Below are positions 23,440 through 36,077 of a stretch of 64,000 nucleotides of DNA, piece after piece. Under the pieces are notes generated by a model. The model saw only the letters and a program-made list of their open reading frames with translations. It ran no database searches and had not been told where the DNA came from. The DNA comes from Neodothiora populina (lineage: Eukaryota): positions 310,001-374,000 of the forward strand of contig NW_027191411.1 of the NCBI RefSeq assembly GCF_041146345.1. The letters run 5' to 3'. Numbering within the stretch: the stretch's first letter is position 1; each line of letters starts with the position of its first letter. Both the position numbers and the translations under genes were made by a program.

Positions 23440-24295
23440 GTTCACTCTTTTTGTGTTATTTTTCTCCTTTCTTTTGACACCCTGTTTTGCACTTCACTGT
23501 TCATATATGTAAGACAAGCGATACGGCGTTCCTGATAGAAGAGCGAAGAATAACACCTCTTAAGTGCATTATTGTATGTACACTCTATATACTGTATATA
23601 AGAACACCATAAACCCTCGACCTCGCCACTTCCCACCAAGAGACCTACAAGACAGAACAGAGCGTTACTGCAAAACACCTCAACAAGAACAACACGACAC
23701 AGAAAAAAAATGTGACGAAAAAGCGAGAGAAGCAAAGTGCCAGGCAAGCAGATTCAAACATGGAGCAAGAGAAGGGGAAGGAAAAAGAAAAAGAAAATTG
23801 CACCATCCGTGAATCGAACACGGGGCTGGTCGAACTTGCTGGCTGAAGAGGCGCTGGCAACGACCAAGTTTACCACTAACCCAATGGTGCTTGTATTATG
23901 TAATCACCTCATCACTAGCTAATATATAAAGCTTTAAGAGATGCAGTAATGAGTGAGGCTGGCAGGTACTTCTTTTCTGCTTTGTGACTCTACCGATCGG
24001 ATATATGTGTCTGCATTTGTCTGGACGACTGTATTCGTCGACTATTCGTGTTTGGATATGCTTTTTTCCTGAGTCGTGGTGTGTGAAATGATAGATATAG
24101 CTATGGATGATGACAAGAAAGTAAGAGCTGGATTATATGAGGGAGGACATTCGGTTAGAGAGCGCAGAAGTGAGGGAGATATAGGTCCAGTTGTGGCAGA
24201 TTGCCACGTCTAGCCAGATAGAAAGGTACCTAGAGGCGGTAACTTGCGTTGGCAGTCGAATCACTCGTCTTGCTCAGCAGTCTTTTGTTCCTCTG

Positions 24296-27200
24296 TCACT
24301 CTTCTTCTCCAGCGGCCAAAAGCAATTGATCGGCATCATCCTCTTCCTCCATCTGTTTCTCGTCTTCCCGCTCCCTCTTCTCTTCTTCCTCCTCTCCTTC
24401 CATTTCCTGCCTATCCCCATTGCCGTCCCCCTCTTCTCCAATGCCCTGTCCATTCACCTGCTTCTTGTCGAGACCGGCCGACGAAGCACTCGTCTTCCCG
24501 ACCCCCTCTTGCTTCCACCACAACCCAGCCAAAAACGCCGTCGAGCTAGCGTCATCAATCCCCTTGTCGTTTCTGACCCTCAGAAACCTCGGGAAGCGTA
24601 GACTCAGTCCTCGCTCTTCCGAGACCATGCCGATTGCTGCCGTGTATGTCGGTGATAGAGTGATGTCTGCGAAGCTGATCTCCCATACTTCCTGGGGCGA
24701 GAACCAGATGTCGGGCGTGTGCGCGTAGGAGAGGTAGGGAGGTTTTTTGTGGAGGGTGTTGTTTTTGTTCTTGGACGAGGGTCTTGGGATCGTGGTCATG
24801 GCTCCGTTGTCGTCATTAGATTCATCCGCGTCGTCAGAGTCATCGTCCTCGTCGTCGTCAGAGTCAACGGAAACATCGGGATCATATCTGATTCTGTTCT
24901 CCTTGTAAAACGCATCTGTAAAGCCAGACATGCACTTCGTCACAGCCTCCAGCATGCCCGTTTCCTCGTTTCGCGCAGCCAGCAAAATCGGAGACCACCA
25001 TTTTGATTTCCGTCCTTGGCCGTGCCATGCACCTATCGGAATCAGATCGATGGTTTCGGCGAACCCGAACCCGTTGGGGTTGGCTGCGGTCGTGTCGTAG
25101 TCTTTCTTGACTTTTAGCCAGCTGTCTAGCCGCTTGTCCGGTTCATAGGTTGCGAGCAAGGCTTTCCGTCTGCCGCTCGTTTTCTTGTCTGAGCTTTCGT
25201 CTTCCTCGTCGAGGTTGTTAATGTCATCACTGTTTGCGGTTGCAGCAGTGGTTGATTTGTTCGTTGCTGCGGTTTTGGATTTGTTGTTTGTCCTCTTTCG
25301 TTTTGAAGGCGTCAGTGGCACTTTAGACTCTGCTGCTTCGATGGGTGGTGGCGTCGCTCCATCGACACCATCAATTCTCACATCAGCATCCGGTAGATTG
25401 TCGAGCACCTTGGCCATGAAGCCCTCGCACTTGTCAGCAATAGCTTGCTTGAAAAACTCAGAGACAATGTCCACGTCCGCAGAAGTGGCATCGATACTTT
25501 TGACCCACGTGAAATGATGCGGCAGTTCGACAAACAAGCTCCTCAGTAAACTCCTTCGTTCCCTCATCGGCCGATCAAGCAGTTCCTCGCCATTGAGATA
25601 CATGAGATCGAAGGCAAAGAGGCAAACATCGACCTTGACGCTGCCGATGACGACGTCTTTTCGTGCTCGATTGCTCAGTACTTGGAAGGGCTTAAGTTCG
25701 CCAGTTTCCTTGTCAATGGCGACGACTTCGCCTTCGATGATAAAACTTCTGACGCCTTCGCCTCGAATCTTGGGGACCAAGGCAACAAGATCGGGATATT
25801 TGTCTGTCATGACTTCAAGATGGCGACTGAATATCGTGACTTTGCCATTCGCGTCGCAGTGGACTTGAGCTCGTTGACCGTCGTATTTGTATTCGCAGGT
25901 GAATTGACGTCCTTGTAGCTTGGTGAGCATCTCGCCGAGATCTCTTGTGATGCCTCCCAACATTGGTCGCAGTGGAATATGCATGGCCAGACCACACCGG
26001 AGAAGTAATTCTTCATGATTGATGCCAATTTCCAATAAGGTAGGCACGAGATCGTTGTAATTCGGCCGTCGAGCGAAACAGGCCTTGACCAATTCCTCAG
26101 CGGGAGCATACACTAAAGCGAGATCTTGCTTGGACAGCTTCGCAAGTTGTGCCGGATCCTTGAGCTCGAATTGCGCACCTGGCGGTCTTGACAGCAGAAA
26201 AGCACGGGATAGGGCGATTAGCATTGTTGTCTTGACGGCTCCGATCCTGAGATGCTGCACCAGCGTCCTGACAATATATCTGCTTTCCTCGGCACCCCTA
26301 GCATCTTGCACAAGTCTCTCCACGATCCTCTGCTTGACCTCAACACTTCCGTGACCTTTGGAGTTTGCGATCTTATACAGAGAATCATAGACACTCTTGA
26401 CGGTCAAGGGTTTCGGCTTCCGCAGGGTGAGCGACTGACGCTTTTTCGCCTCGAATGCAACGTCACCTGCGTCACCGTGTTTGTCGTACAACTTCTTCAG
26501 TCCAGGTCCATCGAGACCGCACACCTTCTTGAGTGCCTTGGATATCGCAGACCCACCCAGGCCGAGTTCGAGATCGATGTAAGGTGGTGAAATGGAATTT
26601 GTCGCAAGCCACACAGCAGGCAACAAGCTCTCTGGATCCGACTCAATGATGACGCGGAGTGTATTGACCAATGTGTCGACAATCTTGATGCGCGAGGTCG
26701 TGCTGTTGACGAGGATGAAGCAATGTGTGAGAAGCGCATATGTGACTTTGCCCCCTTCGGCAGCCCATTGCTTCTTGAGCTCGGGTACATACTTTTGCGG
26801 ATCAAAGGTCAAGGGAGAAGAGTCGAAGGGGATCTCGTAGGTCATGCTATCGTCGTCTGCGGTCGCAGATTGCAGGGAGAGAGTGTTTTTCTTCGTCGAA
26901 CCAAAGGAGGCGAAAGGATTGATTGGTTTTGGTTTCTGCTTATCTGTTGACACTGGCAATGCTGGTTCTACTTGCGTCGATGACTCTGTTTTGGTTGTTC
27001 GCAGGGCCTCGACCATGACTTCTTCCTTGACCGGCAACACTGCTGGGATGGGAGCCTCTTTCGCACCTTCCGTGCTTCCGTTCGTAAGGGCATGCTGTTG
27101 CCTATCCTGCTCCTCCCATTCAGCCTGCAACTTCCTGGCCAATGCCTCATCCGAGAGGATCTCATCCACCCTATCCCCTTCTTCGCCCAGATTCCCCTCG

Positions 27201-27343
27201 TCCTTACCTCGCCCATTCACAGCCGGACTCGGATCGTTTTTCTTTAATTGCTGTTTGCCGAAAAAGTAGTCCAGCCCACGGTTGACTTTCTTGGGCGAAG
27301 CCTCATGGCTGCTGATCTTCCGCCTCTTGTTCGGTGCCGACAT
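24296..27343 (-). CDS. ATP-dependent DNA ligase I family member, probably the second fungal paralogue (S. pombe Adl1-like), 1015 aa
   Basis: Single ORF. Motif I EYKYDGQRAQ, also EGEVV, FAFDLMYLNG, EGFMAK, WLKVKKDY and SLRFPRFLRVRNDK. N-terminal PIP-like RGLDYFF. Confidence 0.93.
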   Translation of the reverse strand: MSAPNKRRKISSHEASPKKVNRGLDYFFGKQQLKKNDPSPAVNGRGKDEGNLGEEGDRVDEILSDEALARKLQAEWEEQDRQQHALTNGSTEGAKEAPIPAVLPVKEEVMVEALRTTKTESSTQVEPALPVSTDKQKPKPINPFASFGSTKKNTLSLQSATADDDSMTYEIPFDSSPLTFDPQKYVPELKKQWAAEGGKVTYALLTHCFILVNSTTSRIKIVDTLVNTLRVIIESDPESLLPAVWLATNSISPPYIDLELGLGGSAISKALKKVCGLDGPGLKKLYDKHGDAGDVAFEAKKRQSLTLRKPKPLTVKSVYDSLYKIANSKGHGSVEVKQRIVERLVQDARGAEESRYIVRTLVQHLRIGAVKTTMLIALSRAFLLSRPPGAQFELKDPAQLAKLSKQDLALVYAPAEELVKACFARRPNYNDLVPTLLEIGINHEELLLRCGLAMHIPLRPMLGGITRDLGEMLTKLQGRQFTCEYKYDGQRAQVHCDANGKVTIFSRHLEVMTDKYPDLVALVPKIRGEGVRSFIIEGEVVAIDKETGELKPFQVLSNRARKDVVIGSVKVDVCLFAFDLMYLNGEELLDRPMRERRSLLRSLFVELPHHFTWVKSIDATSADVDIVSEFFKQAIADKCEGFMAKVLDNLPDADVRIDGVDGATPPPIEAAESKVPLTPSKRKRTNNKSKTAATNKSTTAATANSDDINNLDEEDESSDKKTSGRRKALLATYEPDKRLDSWLKVKKDYDTTAANPNGFGFAETIDLIPIGAWHGQGRKSKWWSPILLAARNEETGMLEAVTKCMSGFTDAFYKENRIRYDPDVSVDSDDDEDDDSDDADESNDDNGAMTTIPRPSSKNKNNTLHKKPPYLSYAHTPDIWFSPQEVWEISFADITLSPTYTAAIGMVSEERGLSLRFPRFLRVRNDKGIDDASSTAFLAGLWWKQEGVGKTSASSAGLDKKQVNGQGIGEEGDGNGDRQEMEGEEEEEKREREDEKQMEEEDDADQLLLAAGEEE

Positions 27344-28088
27344 GATGCTTGAAGACCGGACACACGGGCTTCTTCTATCTCATTGTGATCGATTTGTTTA
27401 TTGGATAGTCGACGATATGGTTACGCAGTGTTGCTGTACTTGTCGTGTATTATGATTAATCTATACTTTCTTCTTCTGTCGCGACACACGCGCGTGGCTA
27501 CCTCGAGGTACAGAAGACGCATAAAGTGGTTGCATATTATTCAAGACGTCATCGCCGTTTGGAGTCTATGAGTGCACGGAGACTCGAGTTATGACGATCT
27601 GATTATCCGTCTTTGTCAGATCGTCGGGCCGGTGTCGCAACGCACATGCGCGGCACAACTACCTTACTTTACCTGATCTACTTGGTCCTGTTGCGAGGCG
27701 CAGAGGCTACTTGTCGAGGACATTGAAGATGTTGTGGAGTGGAGACCTGCACTTGAGATAAGGGGGTTTCGGGTATATGGTAGGACTGAGTTTAGATTAC
27801 TTTTTTTGGTATGGGTATGTATACATTTCAACTCTCCTCCTGCCAATTGATCAGGAGCTCCCGAGGACTCGGCCATGACCAGGGTACTGAACTCTTCTTC
27901 ACTCCAAGACTTATCGTCGTGAGACCATGCATGCCAACGCCAGGAAGAAAATGATCATTGCTGAATGGTGGGAACCGCAAGATTATCAAACGAACTCCAT
28001 GCTGTGTGAATCGTGACCGCCCGCTGGTGAAAATCTCTCCGCTGTTGTACTTGTTTTGCTTTCTGGTCGCTACCTGTGGAATATGACA

Positions 28089-29510
28089 TTACTCCTTGTT
28101 TGCGTTCTTGGCGTTGACGGTTCGCGCCATCTTCTTTCCGATCTCGTAACTGCTGATCATAATGGCACAAGCGGGGGCGACCTTGAGGCAGCGTGCCGCC
28201 CAGCCCTTGAAGAGTCCGGCGGTGCCCTCGGTCTTGAAGATGTGCCAGATGAAACGAGGCATCGCTCTGTCCTCTGGACGGATCGTCTCGCCGGGTTTCA
28301 AGGGCGAGTGTCGCGACGTCTGTTGTCTCGTCTTGCCTACATCAAATGGCGTCGTGCCGAAAGCCGCGATTGCTCCAGATCCCGCTCCTGCGAGGAAACT
28401 GTCGATCAAGACGGTGCGATGGTCGAGCTCGCTCTCTGATCTGCTCCGGGGGCGTGACTTTGGATCTTGCGCTCTTCCCTTTTCTCTCAGCTCGTGTAGC
28501 TTGTCGCGTCCGTACTCGTAGCCCCACCAGTAAAAGGCAGAGAAGGGAACGTCTCTCCACAGAGTCAGACTCAGGCCTCGCCAGAGTGCGCGGTAACCGT
28601 CAGATCTGACCATCTCTTGAACGCCCGAAAGTGTATCTCGAAACACGCCGGTGGGAGTGGCGGCCTCCGGGTGGCTGGCCTGCATTCTCGTCCTGAACAT
28701 TTCAATGGGACTGACGACAACAGCGGCCAAGACCCTCGCGATGGAGCCAGCGACCAGTGGGGCGTAGGCGTCGCTCATTCTTCCGGCCAAAGGGCTCGAG
28801 TGGCTGGCCCTCAGCCAGTCGTAGCCGGCAAAGTAGATGACGTTGGCGGGCACGGCCATGAGCAGAGTCGGGCTCAACCCTCGCCACAGTGTGGACAGTC
28901 CTTCGTTCCTGGCAATCTTTCGCAGGCCGTCGAGGGTAGAGTTGAAGGTTCGGCGCTGGCTCTCCTCTGCCGCACATTCAGAGATAAGCATTTCATCGAT
29001 AGCGGACGCTGCAGGGGCGGACGAGGGAGCTGAAGCAACGCAGAACTGACTCTGGTTGGGGACCCAGAAGACCTTGCGACAGCAGGCAGAAACGCCCAGG
29101 TTCGGTGGGAGGCGCTCAAAGGAGAGAGGGTGAGGAGTGTAGGTAGACGGACCGGCTTGAGCTTGTAATCGTACACGAACAACGTCTAGAGGAGTGACTG
29201 TGATGCGCGAGTGGCGTCAGTGATCATAGACGCTTTTCGTCGCTTGTTTGATCTATGCTCGCGCATACTCACCAAGTAGCGAAGTCAGAATACTGCCAGA
29301 CACTGCAGACATCATCTTTTGCGACAAGGACGTGTCCCCCAATGCTGGCGGCGCCGGTGATGACGGGGACGACGAGCTGTGGGAGATGGCAGTCATGACG
29401 TCTGTGTCGTGGGTCTGATCCGAGAGTAATCGGTCATGTCTCTGGCCGTGTGAAGGTTGTGTCGAGAGCTTGTCGTTGTCTGCATCTTTGGCAGGGCCGA
29501 AATAGGCCAT
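28089..29510 (-). CDS. MTM1: Mitochondrial carrier, Mtm1/SLC25A39-40 subfamily, 448 aa
   Basis: Exons 29510-29273 and 29197-28089. Three carrier signatures (PLDVVRVRLQ, PIEMFRTRMQ, PFDVGKTRQQ), a Cys-containing first loop (ACCRKVFW..C), RDVPFSA and KVAPACAIMISSYE. Confidence 0.9.
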
Positions 29511-30066
29511 TGCGATGGATGTCGAGGATCACCACCGACTGTGTTGTGTCTCACAATCGTTGTAGTGTATATATTATATTCATTCAGCGGCAAGCCGAGA
29601 ATGCGACGCGTGAAGAGCACCTATCAACCACAAGGAAAGGACACAGCAAAGGTACAGCAGTGATTGTAGAGAAATGCAAGATACGGTACGGTAGATGGGA
29701 AGGATGCGGAAAAGTGATTTCAATATGATGCGCCCTTCTCTCACTGTGGCTGTTCTGGGGACAAGAAGCAGCGACACTCTGCGACACCGTACTTGTAAAT
29801 CAGTGCATCATCGAAACCCTGCCCGTTCTCGACTTCTCCGACCAAGGGCTATTTAGTTTGTACAAGTAGCATTCTCTCGCCGCTCGATAGAATTGCCCGT
29901 AACTTAGTCGTTCCGTTAGTGAGATATTTCTTATTTCTTTATTCTGGCCGCATCGGAGATCGGAGCAGACGAAAACCTTATCGCCGACCCACGGGACAGC
30001 GTGACTCGAACACCGACTTGTATCTTATCGCCTGACTCAGACACAAGCTCGTGCCACTATCGGTCT

Positions 30067-30115
30067 ATCTCCATCTCCATCTCCATCTCCATCTCCATCT
30101 CCATCTCCATCTCCA
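30067..30115. repeat. Hexanucleotide microsatellite (ATCTCC) about 8 copies
   Basis: Directly visible tandem repeat ~65 nt upstream of the HRT3 ATG. Confidence 0.95.
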
Positions 30116-30179
30116 GCTTACAAGTATATACGACGATGTCCGAGTAGGCAACTAAATCTACAGGACAACCAGGATCACC

Positions 30180-31949
30180 ATGGATCAGCAGCAGCAGCCA
30201 CACGAGACAGAAGCCGAGCTGGAAAGGTTCCGGCGACAGTGGCAGGAAGAAGTGTCGAGGAGAAACCGACAGAATGCCGCCAACGCTGCCGCCACCCGAC
30301 CAGACAGGCGGAAACAACAGACCTCGGCATCCTCTGCCTCTCGTGCACCTGCCAGACGAGGCGATGGACCACAACCAGACGAAGAAGAGCAAGATATCCC
30401 TCATGCTTATCATGATCTGCCCAACAAAGAAGCGCATCTCCGTCTGGATGCAGCTGACCATGGGTTGGAGAGAGGACGCTTGTCGAGGAAGACGGAGCCT
30501 CAATCCGCACTCGAGCATTACGAGCGAGCAGTGGAGAAAGAAACACAAGGCAGTCTCGGAGATAGCTTAAACCATTATCGAAAGGCCTTCAAAGTGCGTA
30601 GTGATTGTTTTATGTCTAGTGTATAGAAAACAGACCGAGCTGAAACCGCAATTCTTCAACAGCTCGATGATGGCGTGCATGAACAATACAAGAACAAACA
30701 CTTTCCTCCCTCTTCTTTCCCTCCAAAGCGCCCTACTGCACCACAACAACCACAACAGCCATCCCAATCAAACTCTGCTGCCAAGACCAATCCCAGCACA
30801 TCCACTGCACCTGCTGCTCCTGCGTCGAACGCCAGCCCGACGCCGTCTATACCACAGCTGGTCGAAGACTTCTCCCAGCTCTCCATCCCAGGCGCACCAG
30901 CCCCTACGGACGCCGACCCGCCACCTCCGTGTCCTATAGCGAACCTGCCAGGCGAGCTACTGACAGAGGTCTTGACCCACGCCGCTCTTCACGACTTGGC
31001 ATCCCTGTCTCGCATCGCCCAGGTATGCAAGCGATTCGCCTACCTGGTCATGACAGACGAGCAAGTCTGGCGCCGCATCGCCCAGGGCCCCGAGTACGGC
31101 TTCGCAGCAATGCACTACGACTACGTCTGCGACCTGCGTGGCGAGCCCGTCGACGACTACTCGGACCTGATACCGGAAGAACTCGACATCGAAGACATCG
31201 ACAATGAAACCCAGCTATTACCGCCTCGACGTCGTCTCCGCAAGACAACCCCCGAGATAGACACGCACCTGCTGACGACGCTCTACCGCTCCTCCTGGCG
31301 CCAAATGTTCCGCCAGCGCCCTAGACTCCGCTTCAACGGCTGCTACATCAGCACGGTCAACTACACGCGCCCGGGCGCAGCATCGACAGACACGAGGACC
31401 TGGGGCACTCCGATCCACATCGTCACCTATTTCCGCTATCTGCGATTCTACCGCGACGGCACGGTCATCAGTCTGCTGACCACCGCCGAGCCCATCGACG
31501 TCGTGCATCATCTCGCCAAGGAGAATTTGCGGAAAGACGCTTCGACGACGACGACGACGCGAGGTGCTCAACAGTATGCTAGTGGTGGAGGAGGTGCAGG
31601 GCCTTCGATTCTTGCGAATTCGGTCATGAAAGATGCGCTCAGAGGGCGCTGGCACCTGAGCGGTCCTGGCGATGGGTCTTCTCTCGACTCGCTCCCCACT
31701 ACTACCGAAGCCGAAGGCGACGTGCACATAGAAACCGACGGCGTGGTCCCCAAGTACATGTGGAAGATGCAGTTCTCGCTGGGCGGCTCGTCATCAAAGT
31801 CAGCTTCATCCTCGAGAAGCAATAAGTTGTCCTGGAAGGGGTTCTGGAGCTATAACAAGCTCACTGATGACTGGGGCGAGTTTGGACTCAAGAACGATAA
31901 GCCGTTTTATTTCAGTCGTGTCAAGGGGTATGGCAGGGTTGGTGCCTAG
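30180..31949 (+). CDS. HRT3: F-box protein Hrt3/Pof7/FBXO9 family, 566 aa
   Basis: Exons 30180-30593 and 30663-31949. ELERFRRQWQEEV, ALEHYERAVEKE..G.LGDSL..YRKAFKLD, F-box LPGELLTEVL, RPRLRFNGCYIS and VTYFRYLRFYRDG. Confidence 0.9.
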
Positions 31950-32105
31950 CATGTTTTTTCTCTGTGTATATACATGCATGTAAAGATTGAGATATAGTCA
32001 TGACCGCACACGCTCGCACGCTTGGTTTCTCACCATAGACAAACTGAAACACTCAAATGTTGATGTCGTGATTTCCTCAGTCATACCCTCTTTGGCACCA
32101 AACCA

Positions 32106-33123
32106 CTACTGTCGAGGCGCATCAGTCAAGGGAACATACCGCACCCCGTACAACTTCTGCTTCTCCACCGATCCGTCTTCCTTTTTGTCGACGGTGTAAA
32201 TGTACTGTAGCCCGTCCTCTTCTTCGACGGGTATGAAGAGTCTGCGAGGTCACGACAGCGTTAGCACGTAGACCCGTACAAATCACATCTCAGAGCTACC
32301 ACCATCGACTCAATCGCATAGTAAGACAAAAAGACAGGAGAGAATACTCACCTCCCGGGACTCTTAAGCTGATCGACAAGAGCCTGATGCACGCCGGCAG
32401 CAGCAGCGCCAACATGAATAGCATCCCACCCTCTTCCTGCGTCTTCACCATCACCCCCCTCATCAGCCCACCCTTTCCTCCCATCCCCAAGCACAAACTC
32501 CATGCTCCCACTGCTCAACAACCCCCTCCCCTCAGCACTCTTCCCCGCATTCCGCTGTCCCATGTCCACCAGTGCCTGGATATGCTCGACCCCGATGACG
32601 CGACCGCCGGGCTTTATCAGTTCGGCGAGGACATGCGTCAGGTACCCGCTTCCGCTGCCGATGTCGAGGACTCGTGAGCCTGGGTGCAGGAATGGGAGGA
32701 GAGACTCGGCGGCGTTGGCGTGCATATGGGGCGCGGAGATTGTGGCGCTGTGGCCGATGGATTGGGGGCTGTCTTCGTAGGGTCGGGTGGGGGAGTAGTG
32801 CGCGCGGTCGACCTGTGGAACGGGGGGAGATGTGAGAAAGCCTGCTTCATTTCTCCTCTATGGCTTTACTTCTTTCTCTATCTTTGCATATGGAAAAGAC
32901 GTGAGGGGTGGGGTCAGGCAGGGTCGTGTAGAGTGGCGAGAATATGCAAATAGCCGCAAAAATGAAAGCTTCACAAGAGAACAAACAGCAAGAGAGCAGA
33001 AGAACAGAAAACAAAACATACCCCCTTCATAGCCTCCTTGACTCTCTCCGAGGTGATCAATCCGTTGCGGAACAAGTTCTCAATCAATTCATCGTTACTT
33101 TTCCCCGTCGATCGCCACGCCAT
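32106..33123 (-). CDS. PCM1: Protein-L-isoaspartate O-methyltransferase, 232 aa
   Basis: Exons 33123-33022, 32812-32352 and 32241-32106. MAWRS.G.SN.ELI, ATISAPHMHA, VLDIGSGSGY, DAIHVGAAA and YVPLTD. Confidence 0.95.
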
Positions 33124-34786
33124 GGTGACGATACTGCTCTTGTGGTAGGACGCTTTGTCTGTTCTCCTTATGCTTGCCCCGCTGGATCTCAGTATTGCGG
33201 GTCTGATATTCGTTGATAGGAGGGATATGGTCGGAGAGCAGCGGAGCCCTCTTTTCAGAGTGGAATATATGGTTGGCAGCTTGACAGTAATTGCGAATCC
33301 GAAGGATAGCAAGTATAATCCTTGGAGCGAGGTTATACTAAGGCACGTCTGTTGTTTCCTCACATGGGATAGTGGAGTAGGACGGGATGCCGTTACGGCT
33401 CACTGAACAGCTCTATATGAACCCGACTATCAGTCATGCAGCTCCTCTGTCGGATTCAAGAAGTAAGTAGAGATATAGTTTAGGTCATCAAACGAGCAAG
33501 CCAGAAGCCCAATGCGATCATCGAGTGTATTGAGAGAACTCTGGTAATAGTCACATGCGATTTTGACAAGATCGGAGGGGGCTGATGTAATCTTGAATCT
33601 CGAATTGCCTCTGTACATGTGCACATCACAGGTACCTTACTGCATCTCTTGCTTAGAAGGTAGAGGCATGAAGTTAGGTACCTTGACGTGCTGGAGTTGA
33701 TGGCGGGGTACAGTCAAAGTGTGGGGGAAATGTGAGGTGACTGACCCAACGATTCAATAATGACTACTACAAACCTTTAAGCTACACGAATGTTAGAATG
33801 CTTATGACACCTCACCTCGCAACTGATAGCACTGCCAAAGTATGGCAGTGACTACGATTATCTGGACTTGAGAACATAGATGTTTGTCGACTCGGCATCC
33901 TCTCGAGGAAGCATGCGCTATGACTTGTGAAAACAGCTTCTTAGCATAAACCAACCCAGGAAACCATCCGAGTCGAGTACACGAGACAGTGAAACCGACT
34001 TTGTGTCCCAGCCCTGAGCGATCAACTTGTGGTCCCACCATTGCCTTTTGCTATCAATAAATCATCATGTGTACAGATATGTATAGGCGGTTCCATTGAC
34101 ACTCAACATGTTTCAACAATAAGTTAGGCAGTCAATATAAAGGTCAAGAATAGACATAGTAATGGTGTATCCAAAGATAAACATCACTTTCCACACGTAT
34201 GCGCTAGAGTCAAACGTTTCAGCCGCCCTCCCTGATCGACAAGTGATAACGCTGCCTTCAGCCAACCCCGGTAAATACGGCACTCCTTTTTATTGTGATA
34301 GTCACGGCAGGCAGTAATGTAGTAAACTTTGTCCATGCAATTCGTAAACTCCTAAAACTGTACGAGAAGAAGACCCAAGGCCTAGTGTCTCGTAAAATAG
34401 TATGTACATGAAGTGTTTGTACCAAACAAACACCCCCCTTGTTGACCGCAGACGATGTCATCAACAAGGCCAGATGTCGTGCAAATTCGAGGTTTGCCTG
34501 ATAGAAGAAGTGGTAAGGAAGAAAGGAAAGCTTTAAACCAAGCCCGAAGACGACTCGTGCTAATATAGGAAGTAGAAGATCAAAGTGTAAATCACGTCTT
34601 CTCTATGAGAATGCGGCAGATCTGCCTGATATCCAGAAATTACCGCCTCTTTCGCATCCCCACAAGCCCTATACGGAGTTGTGGAAATGTTCAAGTGGCC
34701 AGTGAATCCACTTATCACCCCTTTGTACATTGCGGCAAGCGGCTCGTTACATAGCGATACCCCTAGATGCATACCGAGATAGCCAT

Positions 34787-36077
34787 CTAAGAGGAGAACT
34801 TGGAGCTTCCGAACATGCCCCAGTACTTCTCAGCACCGTAAGTGCCGGCGTTGTCGGACTTCCAGAAGTCGTTGAAGGCGGTGAAGAAAATGATGTTGGA
34901 TGAAACCTTCTCCTTCATGGAAGAGATGGCGGATGACTGCTGAGACTTGCCGGGGACGGCCTTGCCGTTGGTCTCGCCCTGAGTGGGCCAGCCGGTCTCG
35001 GTGATCCAGGTGTTCTTGCCACCGCAGGCGGAGGAGACACGGTTCATCTGCTCGAGCAACCATGGGCCAGCATCCTCAGCAGCAACGTTGCCATCGAAGA
35101 AGGGGTGGCAGTTGACAGCGGCGTAGTCGGAGGCCTCGCAGAGACCAGGGTTTGCGATAGTAGCGACGAAAGTATCGACGGTGACAATCTTGCCGCCGAA
35201 TCCAGTTGACTTGAGGAGGCTGCGAGCAGTGCCAATGGCGGCGACGACGGCGTCAACGGTGTACTTGCCGTTGTTGACACCCTCGTTACCGACGGCAATG
35301 GTGTCAATGAGGTCCCAGTCACCACCGACAGCGGAGATGATGGTCTGGATGTCAGAGGAGACCTGGGTGATATCGAAGATACCGAGGAAGAGCTTCATGC
35401 CCTTGGACTTGCAAGCAGAGAGGATGGTCGAGACCTGGTTGCAGTCGGTGCCGTAAGTACGGACAAAGCCGTAGCCGGAGATGGACTCGAAGTCCTGGGC
35501 GACCTGGTCGGTAGTCTTGCAGTTGCCATCGTCCATGTAAGGGGAGTAGGTGATTCCGTAGCCGGAAGGTCCGGAAGCGGACGAAGAGGATGAAGGAGCG
35601 GCAGCGCTGGACGAAGATGCCGGGGCAGAGCTGCTGGGTGCAACGTAAACGGAAGAGCTGCTGGAGGGTGCAACATAAACGGAAGAGCTGCTGGGAGCAA
35701 TGTAGACGGAGGAGCTGACTGCGACCTTTGCGTGCTCGACGCTGGGAGTGGGAGCGGCGTAGGAAGCGGCAGGTGCAGAGTCGACGTAAGGGGAAGGAGT
35801 GGGGGTCGAAGCCTGTCCGGAGATGGCGGAGGAGAGGATGTTGCCGTTCTCGTCGACGTAAACAATAACGTCGGGCATGGTGTTGGTGACAACGTCAGTG
35901 ACAGTGGCAACAACATCACGCTTGTCGTGAAGATGCTGGTGACGACCTGCTGCGTATCAGTGCTCTATTGCTTCTGAAACGAACAGGGGATTAATTGAAC
36001 TTACGGTGACCGGAGGGCTGAGCCATGACGGCGGTTGCCAGCGACAGAGCGCTGATGCATGCGATGGAGGTCTTCAT
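34787..36077 (-). CDS. Secreted GH17 cell-wall beta-glucanase/glucanosyltransferase (Scw4/Scw11-like), 410 aa
   Basis: Exons 36077-36005 and 35946-34787. Signal peptide, KR processing site and S-rich linker; motifs ITYSPY, VRTYGTDC, VGNEG, NCHPFFD and ITETGWP. Confidence 0.92.
35628..35717 (-). repeat. Coding tandem repeat SSSVY(I/V)AP x3 in the GH17 linker
   Basis: Three near-identical 27-30 nt units. Confidence 0.8.
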
